The notes under the pieces are model-generated. The model did not search any database and was not told the origin of the DNA. It saw only the letters and a list, made by a program, of their open reading frames with translations. DNA of 52,006 bases from a virus (taxonomy: Duplodnaviria > Caudoviricetes), in the IMG/VR virus record IMGVR_UViG_3300037497_000044, positions 1 through 52,006 of that record; one strand, written 5' to 3'. Shown here piece after piece: positions 10,179 to 19,456 of this stretch (positions are counted from its first letter, which is position 1; the number at the start of each line of letters is the position of its first letter). Made by a program: the position numbers and the translations under genes.

Positions 10179-11024
10179 TTATTGGACAGCGTGGGCAGAG
10201 CCATCGTGGTTAATGATCAAAACGCCGTTGTTTTGCAGCAGCTTGGAACCCATCGTCGCACTGATGCGGGAGAAGAAGTACGCTTGCTCCTCATTGTATC
10301 CAATCACAGGCTGGAGTGCTTCCTTGTCCAAAGCATGTCCGATTGCGTTATAGTGCCAAATAATGCACTTTTCCGCGTTCGTGCCAAGCCCACTGAGCGC
10401 GGTACTGACCACCCAGTTGATATTCTGCCAATGAAACATCTTCTGCCGCCCAATAGCCTCGAATTTGTTGTCAGAAACGTAGTCTTTGGACGTGAACTGC
10501 CCAGCTTGGGTAAGGTAGGCATAGGCGGATGGTGTCATGGCACCAAAGATATTGCCATCCAGAGGCACATCGTTATTGCAAAGCATGGCCAATGCAGACG
10601 CAGCCAATGAAACCGTCATGATCTGCGATGCGCCGGTGTCGTTCGTTCCAGTCTCCAATGCGGTGATGATGGATGAATCGATCTTACGATTTAAAACCTT
10701 CATTCCACTCATTCGAGCGATACGGCGGCCATCTCCCTGGGATGAAAACAGATTAAAATCTGTTTTAAGAACAAGGTCATGCCACTCTTCAAGAGTGAGC
10801 GTATTGACATTCAGGTTGTCAGAACGGGCAGGGATAATACCGCTCGCGCTGCGAGTCACAGCAGACGCACCACCGGAATCGGCCACCAAAAACTTGGCAG
10901 TGTTGCCACTGATTTGCGCCTCGGTGGTGACCATCTTGCGAAAAAGCGTTTCCCCATTTTCAAACCCTTCAATAAACTCGGTTCGATATTGGGTTTTATA
11001 GGCAATGGTTGGATCGGTACTCAT
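10179..11024 (-). CDS. Major capsid protein (BPP-1-like)
   Basis: 281 aa; QYRTEF..FE..ETLFRK.V, LNRKIDSSII, HYNAIGHA, MGSKLLQNNGV; AGGAGG SD. Confidence 0.85.
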   Translation of the reverse strand: MSTDPTIAYKTQYRTEFIEGFENGETLFRKMVTTEAQISGNTAKFLVADSGGASAVTRSASGIIPARSDNLNVNTLTLEEWHDLVLKTDFNLFSSQGDGRRIARMSGMKVLNRKIDSSIITALETGTNDTGASQIMTVSLAASALAMLCNNDVPLDGNIFGAMTPSAYAYLTQAGQFTSKDYVSDNKFEAIGRQKMFHWQNINWVVSTALSGLGTNAEKCIIWHYNAIGHALDKEALQPVIGYNEEQAYFFSRISATMGSKLLQNNGVLIINHDGSAHAVQ

Positions 11025-11148
11025 GATAACCTCCTGAAGAAGTGAGTGATTTTTTTATCCTCTCGCTTAATGGGGTGGCCGTTCATGGAAAAAGCCAGGT
11101 GTCTTTTCAGGTTGGCTTTCTACAGATCTGGGACCATCGCTTTTGGAC

Positions 11149-11184
11149 TGTTGCAAATATGTCACAGTGTTGCAAAAATGTCAA
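11149..11184 (-). promoter_or_regulatory. Capsid promoter (TTGACA-17-CATATT) overlapped by two copies of a TGTTGCAAAWATGTCA operator-like motif
   Basis: Copies at 11149-11164 and 11168-11183; a third copy lies at 22552-22567. Confidence 0.55.
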
Positions 11185-11266
11185 CTGGTTTTTTTTGAAA
11201 GAGCTGGCATCCCGCTTTCAGTAAAGATTCGACGGCAAACCTTACCATAGCCGTTCGCTAAGTAAA

Positions 11267-11587
11267 CTAAGCTGTCTCCGCCGGAACAAAGTCTGGCAAA
11301 CCAAAGACAGGTGCTGCCTCAAACGTATTCGCGACTTCATCTGTCAGTTCGATTATTTGCGTCACCCCAAACAGCGTGGCCTCTGGCACACGGCATGACA
11401 TAACAAGCAGATTGGGGTATGTGGGATTAATATTTCCCCCAGCTAAGTCAAACGCCGTATAGCCCCCGTTCCAGTGCGGAATTTCACGTGCATTAGCGAG
11501 GGTTACGGTAGTGCCGTTAATCCTCACCAAGGTGCCAAAACAAATTCTTGCACCAATAAAAACCAAACATTTTTTATTTAAAGTCAT
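11267..11587 (-). CDS. DUF6948-like protein (paralogue of 34729-35010)
   Basis: 106 aa; FGTL...VTLANAREIPHWNG...FDLA.G...V.E..LFGVTQIIELTDE aligns by eye with the 34729 protein. Confidence 0.6.
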   Translation of the reverse strand: MTLNKKCLVFIGARICFGTLVRINGTTVTLANAREIPHWNGGYTAFDLAGGNINPTYPNLLVMSCRVPEATLFGVTQIIELTDEVANTFEAAPVFGLPDFVPAETA

Positions 11588-11606
11588 GTGATTTCATCCG
11601 TTTATG

Positions 11607-11957
11607 TTAAGTGGTAAACTCAACCCAATCCAACAAAGCCTCATCCCAATGCACCATGCCGCCAGGGTGGGGAATAGGCGGATCATATTGACATGTTTCC
11701 TCGTTCAATATCCAAGATGGGAAGGGCTGTGGGGAGATAAAAGCATCCCGCCCCGCATCATAAGTGTACCCAATACCGGCATAGTTTTTCCTAAAAGGAG
11801 TTCCACCAAGTCGATGAATGCCACCAAGGGTATTGTAGCTTGTCTGTTTCCAGACACCACCTTTTCGTAAAGCCACAGTTTCTTCTGTTTCGTCATCGCG
11901 AAACACTCCGACCCAAGTTACCTTATTGTCTGCGTCGAGTTTAGCAAAATGCGCCAT
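11607..11957 (-). CDS. Conserved phage tail-associated protein that typically follows glycine-rich tail proteins
   Basis: 116 aa; MAHFAKLD, WKQTSYNT, FRKNYAGIGYTYD..RDAFI.PQPFPSW.LNE motifs. Confidence 0.75.
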   Translation of the reverse strand: MAHFAKLDADNKVTWVGVFRDDETEETVALRKGGVWKQTSYNTLGGIHRLGGTPFRKNYAGIGYTYDAGRDAFISPQPFPSWILNEETCQYDPPIPHPGGMVHWDEALLDWVEFTT

Positions 11958-11966
11958 TTTAATCTC

Positions 11967-14399
11967 CTATACAGTTATCTCAAGCACCAATATACCAGAC
12001 CCACCATTTCCACTTAAGCTACCGAGTCCCCTGCCACCGCCACCGCCACCTCCACCAGTATTTGCTGTGGCATTACCGCCATTTTCATCGCCTTCACTAT
12101 AGATAGCACCCACTCCACCACCGCCCAACCCTCCTGGCCCACTCCCTTTCCCACCACCACCACCTCCTCCATAGTATGTTCCTGTGGACTTCCAGTTGAT
12201 ACCGATACCACCAGCACCCCCAGTAATTCCTGAAGCATTACCACCAACTGCGCCCAAACCGCCACCACCACCTCCACTATCGCCAGAACCACTACCAACT
12301 CCACCGTCATACCCTGGTGAACCAATGCCACGATTACCTGTATTGTTTTCGCTGGCCCCGCCGCCGCATCCCCCATCCCTACCTTTTACACCATTATAAC
12401 AGCCACCGCCACCGCCACCTAAAGAAGTTTGACCATTAAAAGTAGATGGAGATCCATTATTTGCCTGAACCTGCCCTACATATCCCGCACCACCAGCACC
12501 AATGTCAACAGGATATGATCCAGGAGTTAATGTAAGACCGTCAACTTTATAGTCTCCACCTGCGCCCCCACCACCTCCGCATACAGAACCGCCCGAACCC
12601 CCGCCTCCTATCATAAAGGCGTTACAAATCAAGGATGTGCCAATAAAATACGGCGCAGTTGCTCCGATAATAGACCGTGGCGCAGGAATAACAAGGTTTC
12701 CATCAACAGTAACTTTATAATAATACTTACCATTAATAGGGCCTGTAAGTGTTCCTCCCGTGATAGAAGCCAGCTCGATTACGCCTCCACCCCCCTTAAA
12801 AAAGATCGCCTGGGCTACTGCACTTGACATACCGTCAATCTGAGTTGTACCAAGCCCAGCTATCTGCGTAGTTGTGAGTAGCGCAGGCGCAGCAATCACC
12901 CCTTGCAACCCACTCAGAGCAGTTGTCGAAAACGCTGCCATCTGCGTACTGGTCATGCCCGCTATCGCCGTGGTTGGCAATGATGCAAATTGGGTTGCTG
13001 TCAACCCCTGCAAGGCTGCTGTCGTGAGCAACCCAACATGCACACTGGTCATTTGTTGGATCAGCGTACTTTCTAGAGATGAAACGTATATGGTGGAAAG
13101 TGCAGCGACCTCAGCCGTTGCCCAATCTGCCATTTGGGTGGTGGTGAGAGATCCACCAGCAGCAGTCTGGAACGCCGCAATCTGTGCCGTGGTGAACGTG
13201 GATGACAGTACCGCAACGTCTGCTTGCTGTGCGGCTGTCAGGTGGTATCGCTCGTCTCCAGCACCGCCTTGCAGACCATCCATGTCATTGTGCTGCGTGA
13301 TGAATGGCGTATCGAAGTGGGTGTAGTAGTTCGATCCACCATTGTACAGTGTGAAGTTTCTAGCGGTACCTGACGTGGTGACGGCAAAATACGCCGCAAC
13401 TATACTGTCTGTTGCGCCGATGACGAATGCAGGTTGGAACATCTGGCTCTCCAACTCCACCACAGAACCGGCAGTAGTGATGTCGGCAGATGTGTATGTG
13501 AACAGTAGATACAACATCGCCGTCAAATCAACCCCGGACACATTCACAAACGCCGGGTCGGTCAATGTCACAGTGACTTCAGTAGGCGACGTGTACCCAC
13601 TGATCCATGCAGTTTGTGTCGGTGTCTCGATGAGAGCTGCCAGCATGATACTGGCGTTCGCATCACCTGCAACGAACGGTGCGCCACCGGAAGCGGTTAA
13701 AGTGCGTGTTGCGCCGGCACCAGTGAATGTGACTGTGATGCCAGGCTTCAGAACTCGTTGATTAATGCGAATCTTTAGGTAATTATCGCCAGTTACTGCG
13801 GTGAGCAACACCCAGGAGTGGAAGTTCCATATGCCAGCAGGAATGGTCGTCCGCCCCAGTGCCGCAGAAGCATACCGCTCGATAAATGTTACACCACCAT
13901 CAACATCAGCATCAACAGCCACCAGAGTGGTGTTTTCCGCTATTGCAGACGGGACAGTTTGCAAAGTGGCGTTGTCGCTGGACATTACGGTATCATCCAG
14001 GTACATAGTCACAGCCGAACCAGCGACACTCGACGGTTCACCAACAACCCACGCCACACCATCATATTTAAGGGTGTTGCCAGTGGTGGGGACGCCAGCA
14101 CTGGTAAGGATCCCGGCAACCTGGGTAGTCGTCAACGCCCCTAACTGGGTTGTGCTCAGTGATTGTATCTGAGTCGTGGTCAGCGACGCAATGAGCGTGT
14201 TCTGCAACGACTCAATCGCAGTAGTTGATAGCGCGGCAACCGACTCCGTGCCAGCAGCCTTAGATACGGCGATTGCCAGTTGATCGAGCGCGATCTTTCT
14301 GCTGGCGGTGGCAGACGTGTCTGAGATCAACATCACGTCGTTTAATGCGGTGTTTGCCCCTGTTAATGCTGTCAAAGATGAAACTGGCTGGTTTCCCAT
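11967..14399 (-). CDS. Tail fibre/spike-like protein with LTTTQ repeat tracts and a C-terminal glycine-rich domain
   Basis: 810 aa; N-terminal VSSLTALTG..D..LISD.S...RKI anchor, HNDMDGLQGG..YHLT motif, two repeat tracts, and a GGGG-rich C-terminus ending ANTGGGGGG...GGSGILVLE. Confidence 0.8.
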   Translation of the reverse strand: MGNQPVSSLTALTGANTALNDVMLISDTSATASRKIALDQLAIAVSKAAGTESVAALSTTAIESLQNTLIASLTTTQIQSLSTTQLGALTTTQVAGILTSAGVPTTGNTLKYDGVAWVVGEPSSVAGSAVTMYLDDTVMSSDNATLQTVPSAIAENTTLVAVDADVDGGVTFIERYASAALGRTTIPAGIWNFHSWVLLTAVTGDNYLKIRINQRVLKPGITVTFTGAGATRTLTASGGAPFVAGDANASIMLAALIETPTQTAWISGYTSPTEVTVTLTDPAFVNVSGVDLTAMLYLLFTYTSADITTAGSVVELESQMFQPAFVIGATDSIVAAYFAVTTSGTARNFTLYNGGSNYYTHFDTPFITQHNDMDGLQGGAGDERYHLTAAQQADVAVLSSTFTTAQIAAFQTAAGGSLTTTQMADWATAEVAALSTIYVSSLESTLIQQMTSVHVGLLTTAALQGLTATQFASLPTTAIAGMTSTQMAAFSTTALSGLQGVIAAPALLTTTQIAGLGTTQIDGMSSAVAQAIFFKGGGGVIELASITGGTLTGPINGKYYYKVTVDGNLVIPAPRSIIGATAPYFIGTSLICNAFMIGGGGSGGSVCGGGGGAGGDYKVDGLTLTPGSYPVDIGAGGAGYVGQVQANNGSPSTFNGQTSLGGGGGGCYNGVKGRDGGCGGGASENNTGNRGIGSPGYDGGVGSGSGDSGGGGGGLGAVGGNASGITGGAGGIGINWKSTGTYYGGGGGGGKGSGPGGLGGGGVGAIYSEGDENGGNATANTGGGGGGGGRGLGSLSGNGGSGILVLEITV

Positions 14400-14530
14400 T
14401 AGGTGCTTCCCTCCTGCAAAATAAGTGTCCCATCTTCATTCAACAACAGGTCCGGCCCGCCTTCAAACTCAATGGAGTTTGAGAACAATACGCGTGGGTT
14501 GGGAGTGTGCCCGTTATTGTTCGCAATCAT
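14399..14530 (-). CDS. Small peptide preceding the fibre gene
   Basis: MIANNN...LLLNEDGTLILQEGST; stop overlaps the ATG of the next gene; start uncertain (track start 14584). Confidence 0.45.
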   Translation of the reverse strand: MIANNNGHTPNPRVLFSNSIEFEGGPDLLLNEDGTLILQEGST

Positions 14531-14570
14531 GGCTTGCTCTTTTTTGGATTTCAGTTTTCGCCGGTACATT

Positions 14571-16376
14571 TTAACCCTCCACAATAAACGTCAGTTCCAT
14601 GTCAAACATGCCATCATCCACAGCCCCGACAATCGTTAAAAGGATGTCACCGGTTCCTCCTGCCAACTGAGGATCTGGCAGGTGATACGGACCGCGAGAG
14701 TTATCAAAATACACCTGTCCAGACCCAGCAGGCATGCACATGATGATAGGGTCTTGTGTCGCGTAAAGTTGGGCAGATGACAACCCTTCCAGTTGCGTAG
14801 CGGCCAGGGATGCGACCTGAACGGAATCCAAACCATCAAGCTGGGTGACTGCCAGACTGGCCAATTGGATAGACGAAACCCCATCAAGTTGGGTAGCCGC
14901 CAATCCAACCAGTTGAGTGGTTGATAACCCATCCAGTTGTGTGGCAGACAGAGAACCGATCTGAACAGACGAAAGCCCGTTCATTTGTGTGACGGCCAAT
15001 GATGTCAATGCAACCGATGCCAATCCATCCAGTTGGGTAACTGCAAAGCCGGTCAATCGCGTCGATGCCAAACCATCAAGCTGTGTCGCTACCAAACTGG
15101 CCAGTTGCGTAGACAGAAGCCCGTCCAGTTGAGATACTTCCAAGCCTGTCAACTGGGAAGATGTCAGGCCATTCAACTGAGTAGCCGATAATGACGATAG
15201 ACTGACAGATGCAAGGTTATCAAGCTGGGTGTTGGCCAAGCTGGCCAATTGAATCGATGTCAGACCGTCCAACTGCGTAATCGCCAAGGAAAGCAGATTT
15301 GTGGAAGATAGTCCGCCCAAACCTGAATCAGTGATGACTGACAACTGTGCAGACGTTAATCCATCCAACTGCGTTGCTGATAGAGATCCGATCTGATCAA
15401 GAGTGAACCCTGCCACCTGCGTTGTGGTAAGAGCAGAAATAACGACTGATGTCAGGCTATCCAGTGTCGTGGTGGTCAACCCTGCCAAACCAGCAGAAGA
15501 AAGTCCAGCAAGTTGAGTGGCCGCCAATGAAAGGAGTTGCGCACCAGATAACCCAGCCATTTGACCAGAGGAGAGAATAGAGATCTGGATAGATGTCAGA
15601 CCGTCCAGTTGTGTGACAGAAAGGGATGAGAGTTGAGCAGAGCCAAGGCCAGCCAAGGCGGTTGTCGTGAACCCTGCCAACGCAGATGAAGTAATCCCAT
15701 CAAGCTGCGTCACTGAAAGACTGGACAACTGGGATGATGTCATGCCCGCAAGCTGTGTAGCAACCAATGCGGACAATTGCACAGATGTCAGTCCGTTTAA
15801 CGCAGCAACAGTCAAGCCTGAAATATTGACAGAAGACAACCCGTTTAGATGCGTATCAGAAAGCGATGTCAGTGCAACAGATGTCAACCCAGCCAGCTTG
15901 CCTGGAGCCAATGCAGATAGATGGGCAGAAGACAACCCGTCGAGCTGTGTAGCAGACAGAGACGCGAGTTGGCTGGACGTAATCCGATCCAACTGCGTCG
16001 CTGCAAGACTGGTTAACTGCGTTGATGTAATGCCATCCAACGCCTCTGATGTTAAGCCAGATATGTTGGTATTCAACCCATCCAACTGAGTGACTGCCAG
16101 AGACGAAAGTTGTGTTGAAGTCAGTCCTGCCAGCTGGGTAGCAGCCAATCCAGATATATGGGATGAGGAAAGTCCGTCCAACTGTGTGACGGCCAGTCCG
16201 GTCAATTGGGTAGAAGTCAAACCATCCAACTGGGTATTAGCCAAACTGGTAAGTTGGATGGATGTCAAGCCGCCAAGTGTCGAATCAGACAACGCCGAAA
16301 GGATTGATGAAGTCATCCCATCCAGGGTCGTTATAGCAGCAGCAGCGAGAGACGATGGGCCGTCGGTGTATGCCAT
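14571..16376 (-). CDS. 8-aa-periodic repeat protein (L-x-x-T-Q-L-x-G) fused to the C-terminal half of a small conserved phage protein
   Basis: 601 aa; about 540 aa of repeats then DPIIMCMPAGSGQVYFD...GGTGDILLTIVGA...FDMELTF; GGGAGT SD. Confidence 0.8.
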   Translation of the reverse strand: MAYTDGPSSLAAAAITTLDGMTSSILSALSDSTLGGLTSIQLTSLANTQLDGLTSTQLTGLAVTQLDGLSSSHISGLAATQLAGLTSTQLSSLAVTQLDGLNTNISGLTSEALDGITSTQLTSLAATQLDRITSSQLASLSATQLDGLSSAHLSALAPGKLAGLTSVALTSLSDTHLNGLSSVNISGLTVAALNGLTSVQLSALVATQLAGMTSSQLSSLSVTQLDGITSSALAGFTTTALAGLGSAQLSSLSVTQLDGLTSIQISILSSGQMAGLSGAQLLSLAATQLAGLSSAGLAGLTTTTLDSLTSVVISALTTTQVAGFTLDQIGSLSATQLDGLTSAQLSVITDSGLGGLSSTNLLSLAITQLDGLTSIQLASLANTQLDNLASVSLSSLSATQLNGLTSSQLTGLEVSQLDGLLSTQLASLVATQLDGLASTRLTGFAVTQLDGLASVALTSLAVTQMNGLSSVQIGSLSATQLDGLSTTQLVGLAATQLDGVSSIQLASLAVTQLDGLDSVQVASLAATQLEGLSSAQLYATQDPIIMCMPAGSGQVYFDNSRGPYHLPDPQLAGGTGDILLTIVGAVDDGMFDMELTFIVEG

Positions 16377-16378
16377 GG

Positions 16379-16621
16379 TTATACTCCCGTAGACGTGTAA
16401 TCGTAGGTTATTTTAATGCCAGAGTGCCCTGCAACAGCATATCGAGCCTCAGCCAAATGCAATGCAACGGGCACACCCCCACTTGGAGCAATCAGAGTAG
16501 ACCGATCAATCAAGATCTTGTTTGTCTCCCCGGCCCCGTCGCTGTGGCCAGACACATGGATCTTGATTGTCCTGGATCTGGCATACGATTCGATCACGGT
16601 AACAACGGTATTGTCAGCCAT
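16379..16621 (-). CDS. N-terminal half of a small conserved phage virion-module protein
   Basis: 80 aa; MADNTVVTVI...SGHSDGAGETNKILIDRSTL...IKITYD; abuts the scaffold gene stop; GGAG SD. Confidence 0.7.
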   Translation of the reverse strand: MADNTVVTVIESYARSRTIKIHVSGHSDGAGETNKILIDRSTLIAPSGGVPVALHLAEARYAVAGHSGIKITYDYTSTGV

Positions 16622-17551
16622 TTACTGCACTCCTTTGGCGGTCAATTCGCGGAAACGGGCTTGGTGTCTGGCAGCGTGTGGGCCTTTCCAATAATCTGAA
16701 TGGTCGCCTGCCATCAGCTTCTTTAAATCTGCATACTCTGTGGATGCTACGCCTACACTCCCGATGGAAGGGGTAACAGTTGCATCACCGCCGTTGAGTT
16801 TGGTATTTATCTCAGCCAGCCAAGTTATAAGATCAGCATTGTCAGCCAAAGGCATTCCGTTTCGGTCCACCCCGTTCATGATGGCCTCTCTGACCCCCTC
16901 TGGGGCAGAGTCAACGAAACGGAAAACACCGGCCAAGGTGCTATCGAGAGTTTGTTTGTCGCCAAAGGCACCTAGCAGTTTGGTTTCATTCTCCTCTCTG
17001 GCGGCCACTTCTTTTTGTGCCATGGCGGTCATAGAATCTGACTGCAATTTAAAATACTGCCCCAGAACCCCATTCAACTGATCGGGGTGTAGGTTCAGAT
17101 CTATTGCTGTCTTTTTGAAAATCTCAACCCCCTGCTTATCCAGATCGCTCAGAACCATGCCTTCGGCCAGCTTAACGTCATACTTTTCTGGTTCAGTCGG
17201 GATTCCGTTACTCTCGCGCCATGCCGTCAACTCATCTGGTTTCATGTCCGGTCGATAACCGCCTTTGAATTCGCCTGTGCGGATCTTGGCTTGCGCTTCC
17301 ACCAAGGCATTCAAAGCATCTTCATGGGTCTTGTACCGGCTCAAAGCGGCCTGTTTTTTTGCATCCCCTCCAGCTATCTTTTCCATCAACCCTTCGGGCC
17401 AGCCAGACACATCCGCCGTTGGTTTTGCGACGGAAGATACGGATGCCAGCAGCGTGGCGCTTTGTTCTGCCGGTGCGACGGTGGCAATAGGGGCATCTGT
17501 AGCAGGGGCAGCATTGTCTGCCTGGGCAACGTTTTCGATTTCTTCAGCCAT
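16622..17551 (-). CDS. Capsid assembly scaffolding protein
   Basis: 309 aa acidic and helical; G.PTEPEKYD, FKKTA.DLNLHPDQ, DYWKGPH motifs; follows portal and the Bbp19-like gene. Confidence 0.75.
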   Translation of the reverse strand: MAEEIENVAQADNAAPATDAPIATVAPAEQSATLLASVSSVAKPTADVSGWPEGLMEKIAGGDAKKQAALSRYKTHEDALNALVEAQAKIRTGEFKGGYRPDMKPDELTAWRESNGIPTEPEKYDVKLAEGMVLSDLDKQGVEIFKKTAIDLNLHPDQLNGVLGQYFKLQSDSMTAMAQKEVAAREENETKLLGAFGDKQTLDSTLAGVFRFVDSAPEGVREAIMNGVDRNGMPLADNADLITWLAEINTKLNGGDATVTPSIGSVGVASTEYADLKKLMAGDHSDYWKGPHAARHQARFRELTAKGVQ

Positions 17552-17810
17552 GTCTCAAATCCTTTAAAATAACATCAATTGGTAGTTTTTCCGCGCGCTT
17601 AATATGCGCCCCAACAAACCGCCGCCCTTCGTTGAACGCCGTCACACGATCATTATCAGCATCGAAAGACTGCTCTCCCACCATGCAAAGGTTGTTTACT
17701 ATCCATTCCATGCCCATAATCTGCTGTTCTGGGCTAGCCGTTCCTGCTGACATCGCCTTGATTGCCGTGATAGTTGGCAGATTAGTCGTAACGGTAAAGC
17801 ACTTATTCAT
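17544..17810 (-). CDS. Bbp19-like small protein
   Basis: 88 aa from ATG 17810, overlapping the portal stop; SF..D...TAFNEGRRFVG motif. Confidence 0.7.
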   Translation of the reverse strand: MNKCFTVTTNLPTITAIKAMSAGTASPEQQIMGMEWIVNNLCMVGEQSFDADNDRVTAFNEGRRFVGAHIKRAEKLPIDVILKDLRHG

Positions 17811-19456
17811 AGCCCACCCTGCCCAACAGTTGGAGAAGCTTCTTTGATCGTCTTGGCCACATCGGCCCCCTGCTGCATCATTGCCAGCATTTGCTGCGTC
17901 TGCTGTTCTTTCGCTCGCGCCTCGGACAATCGGCGCACAGTATCTTTGTCCCGCATCCATGCCTTTGGTGAGACAGCAGAAAGTGCATCTCGAACAGCCA
18001 GTGCGTTATCCAGTATCAGTATGGTATTTTCGTCGAATTGCACCGCTTGAGCGAGTATCTGCCACGCCTCCATTAACTGACCGACCTTGATTTTTTCCAA
18101 CGCATCACGCAACGGGGATTCAAACGAAAACGTGAACTCTGCCCCACCCAGTGTTTCTGGCATACCCTCCAGCATGCGTGGCTCTTCTCTCATCAGAATT
18201 TCAAGCGTAGTCTCGCACAATCGCCCGTTATACTCAGACTCCATAGGCTCAAACAGAGTCACAGCGTGTCGGGTATACTCCTCCATGCGCCGAGCAACTT
18301 CGGTTGCAGTCATAACCTTGCCGTCAACCGGGGGTAGCGTGAGTTTGCTGATATAAAACGCATCCGCCAATTGGGTGCGGATGTCAGCGATCAATTCAAG
18401 CCCGATGGGTATATTTGAATGAGGATCTGACAAAGGCTCGATAATTTTACCAGTCCTATCGTCATAGGCTCGATCCACGATTGTGATGCCGCCAGGATAC
18501 AAAGCAACATCCCCGACAATCGCGCCATCCACCGCAGTCATTGGCGGCTTGATAGCCATCTTTGCAGCATCAAGTACAGTTGCCGTTACATCCTGAATCA
18601 ATCGTGCATCCGGCAACCCGGCGACAGACGCAGGGGATGAAGCGTATTGGCTTCCGCTTGACATGGACCAACGCGGTATGACGTATGGATTGGTCCAGAT
18701 GCCAACCATTTCTATGCAATGCACGTTTGCCACATCCACATAGCATGATACGTATGGCTGCAAGAATTTCTTCCCACCGCATACTTTCATCCATACCGAT
18801 GTGGGCATGACGCAATGGATAACGTTAATCTCTTTGTATGGATCTTTATCAATCAGTTTAGTCACTTCACTATGAACGGTTTTTGGAAACATCCCTGCCA
18901 AATCAACCGCCGTCGGAAGCCAACGCCTATACACAGTAGATGCGTTACCCTGGAGGTCTTCCATCCACGCCACATCACGCAAATGCCAGCACCTAAACAG
19001 GATGTTTCTGTGCTCTTTTAGATATTCAACAGAGAGTACCGCCTGCCCGAATGCGGCAAAATCTCTATCTGCCTCGGTTGTGGCGCGGGCAAACAGGCTC
19101 TCCCGTTGCCCCATTACGTTGCGTAGGAATATCTCTGTGCGCTCCAACCATTGCTTTTCTGGCGTATCGTCGTCAGATTCTGGTGATCGAGTTGTGCGAA
19201 TGTGGAACCATGGCTTTGCGGTCGGGCGCAACATGGCCCCAAACGCATTACCCAGATCACGACAAACAAGAATCGTGTAGGAGGTCATCAACCCATCGCA
19301 CAACTCATCCCCTATCGACCGGCCAGTTGTGAAATTGGCGCGCTCTGGGTGAAACATTTCAGCAATTTTTTGGTTGAGATTGTCAAGACCCTGTTTTTTT
19401 TCAAACAGTTTATTGCATTGGCTGATGACACTCTTGACGTATTCCATGCTACCCAC
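17807..19456 (-). CDS. Portal (head-to-tail connector)
   Basis: 549 aa; LRPTAKPWF, AAFGQAV, PYVIPRW...G..Y..SP, MTATEV..R..E, FESPL motifs of T7/BPP-1-type portals. Confidence 0.9.
   Translation of the reverse strand: MGSMEYVKSVISQCNKLFEKKQGLDNLNQKIAEMFHPERANFTTGRSIGDELCDGLMTSYTILVCRDLGNAFGAMLRPTAKPWFHIRTTRSPESDDDTPEKQWLERTEIFLRNVMGQRESLFARATTEADRDFAAFGQAVLSVEYLKEHRNILFRCWHLRDVAWMEDLQGNASTVYRRWLPTAVDLAGMFPKTVHSEVTKLIDKDPYKEINVIHCVMPTSVWMKVCGGKKFLQPYVSCYVDVANVHCIEMVGIWTNPYVIPRWSMSSGSQYASSPASVAGLPDARLIQDVTATVLDAAKMAIKPPMTAVDGAIVGDVALYPGGITIVDRAYDDRTGKIIEPLSDPHSNIPIGLELIADIRTQLADAFYISKLTLPPVDGKVMTATEVARRMEEYTRHAVTLFEPMESEYNGRLCETTLEILMREEPRMLEGMPETLGGAEFTFSFESPLRDALEKIKVGQLMEAWQILAQAVQFDENTILILDNALAVRDALSAVSPKAWMRDKDTVRRLSEARAKEQQTQQMLAMMQQGADVAKTIKEASPTVGQGGL

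Noticed and set aside
14571-16376. Ice-nucleation protein call for the 8/16-aa repeats
   Set aside because: The repeats are Leu/Gln-rich and lack the AGYGSTxTA consensus of InaZ-type proteins.
16376-16420. Programmed -1 frameshift fusing the 80-aa ORF to the repeat protein
   Set aside because: There is no X XXY YYZ heptamer in the short window after the -1 frame stop, and the downstream ORF has its own SD. Not fully excluded.
10179-19456. Diversity-generating retroelement, suggested by the BPP-1-like head genes
   Set aside because: No reverse transcriptase motif, Avd-like gene or TR/VR pair is visible anywhere in the window.
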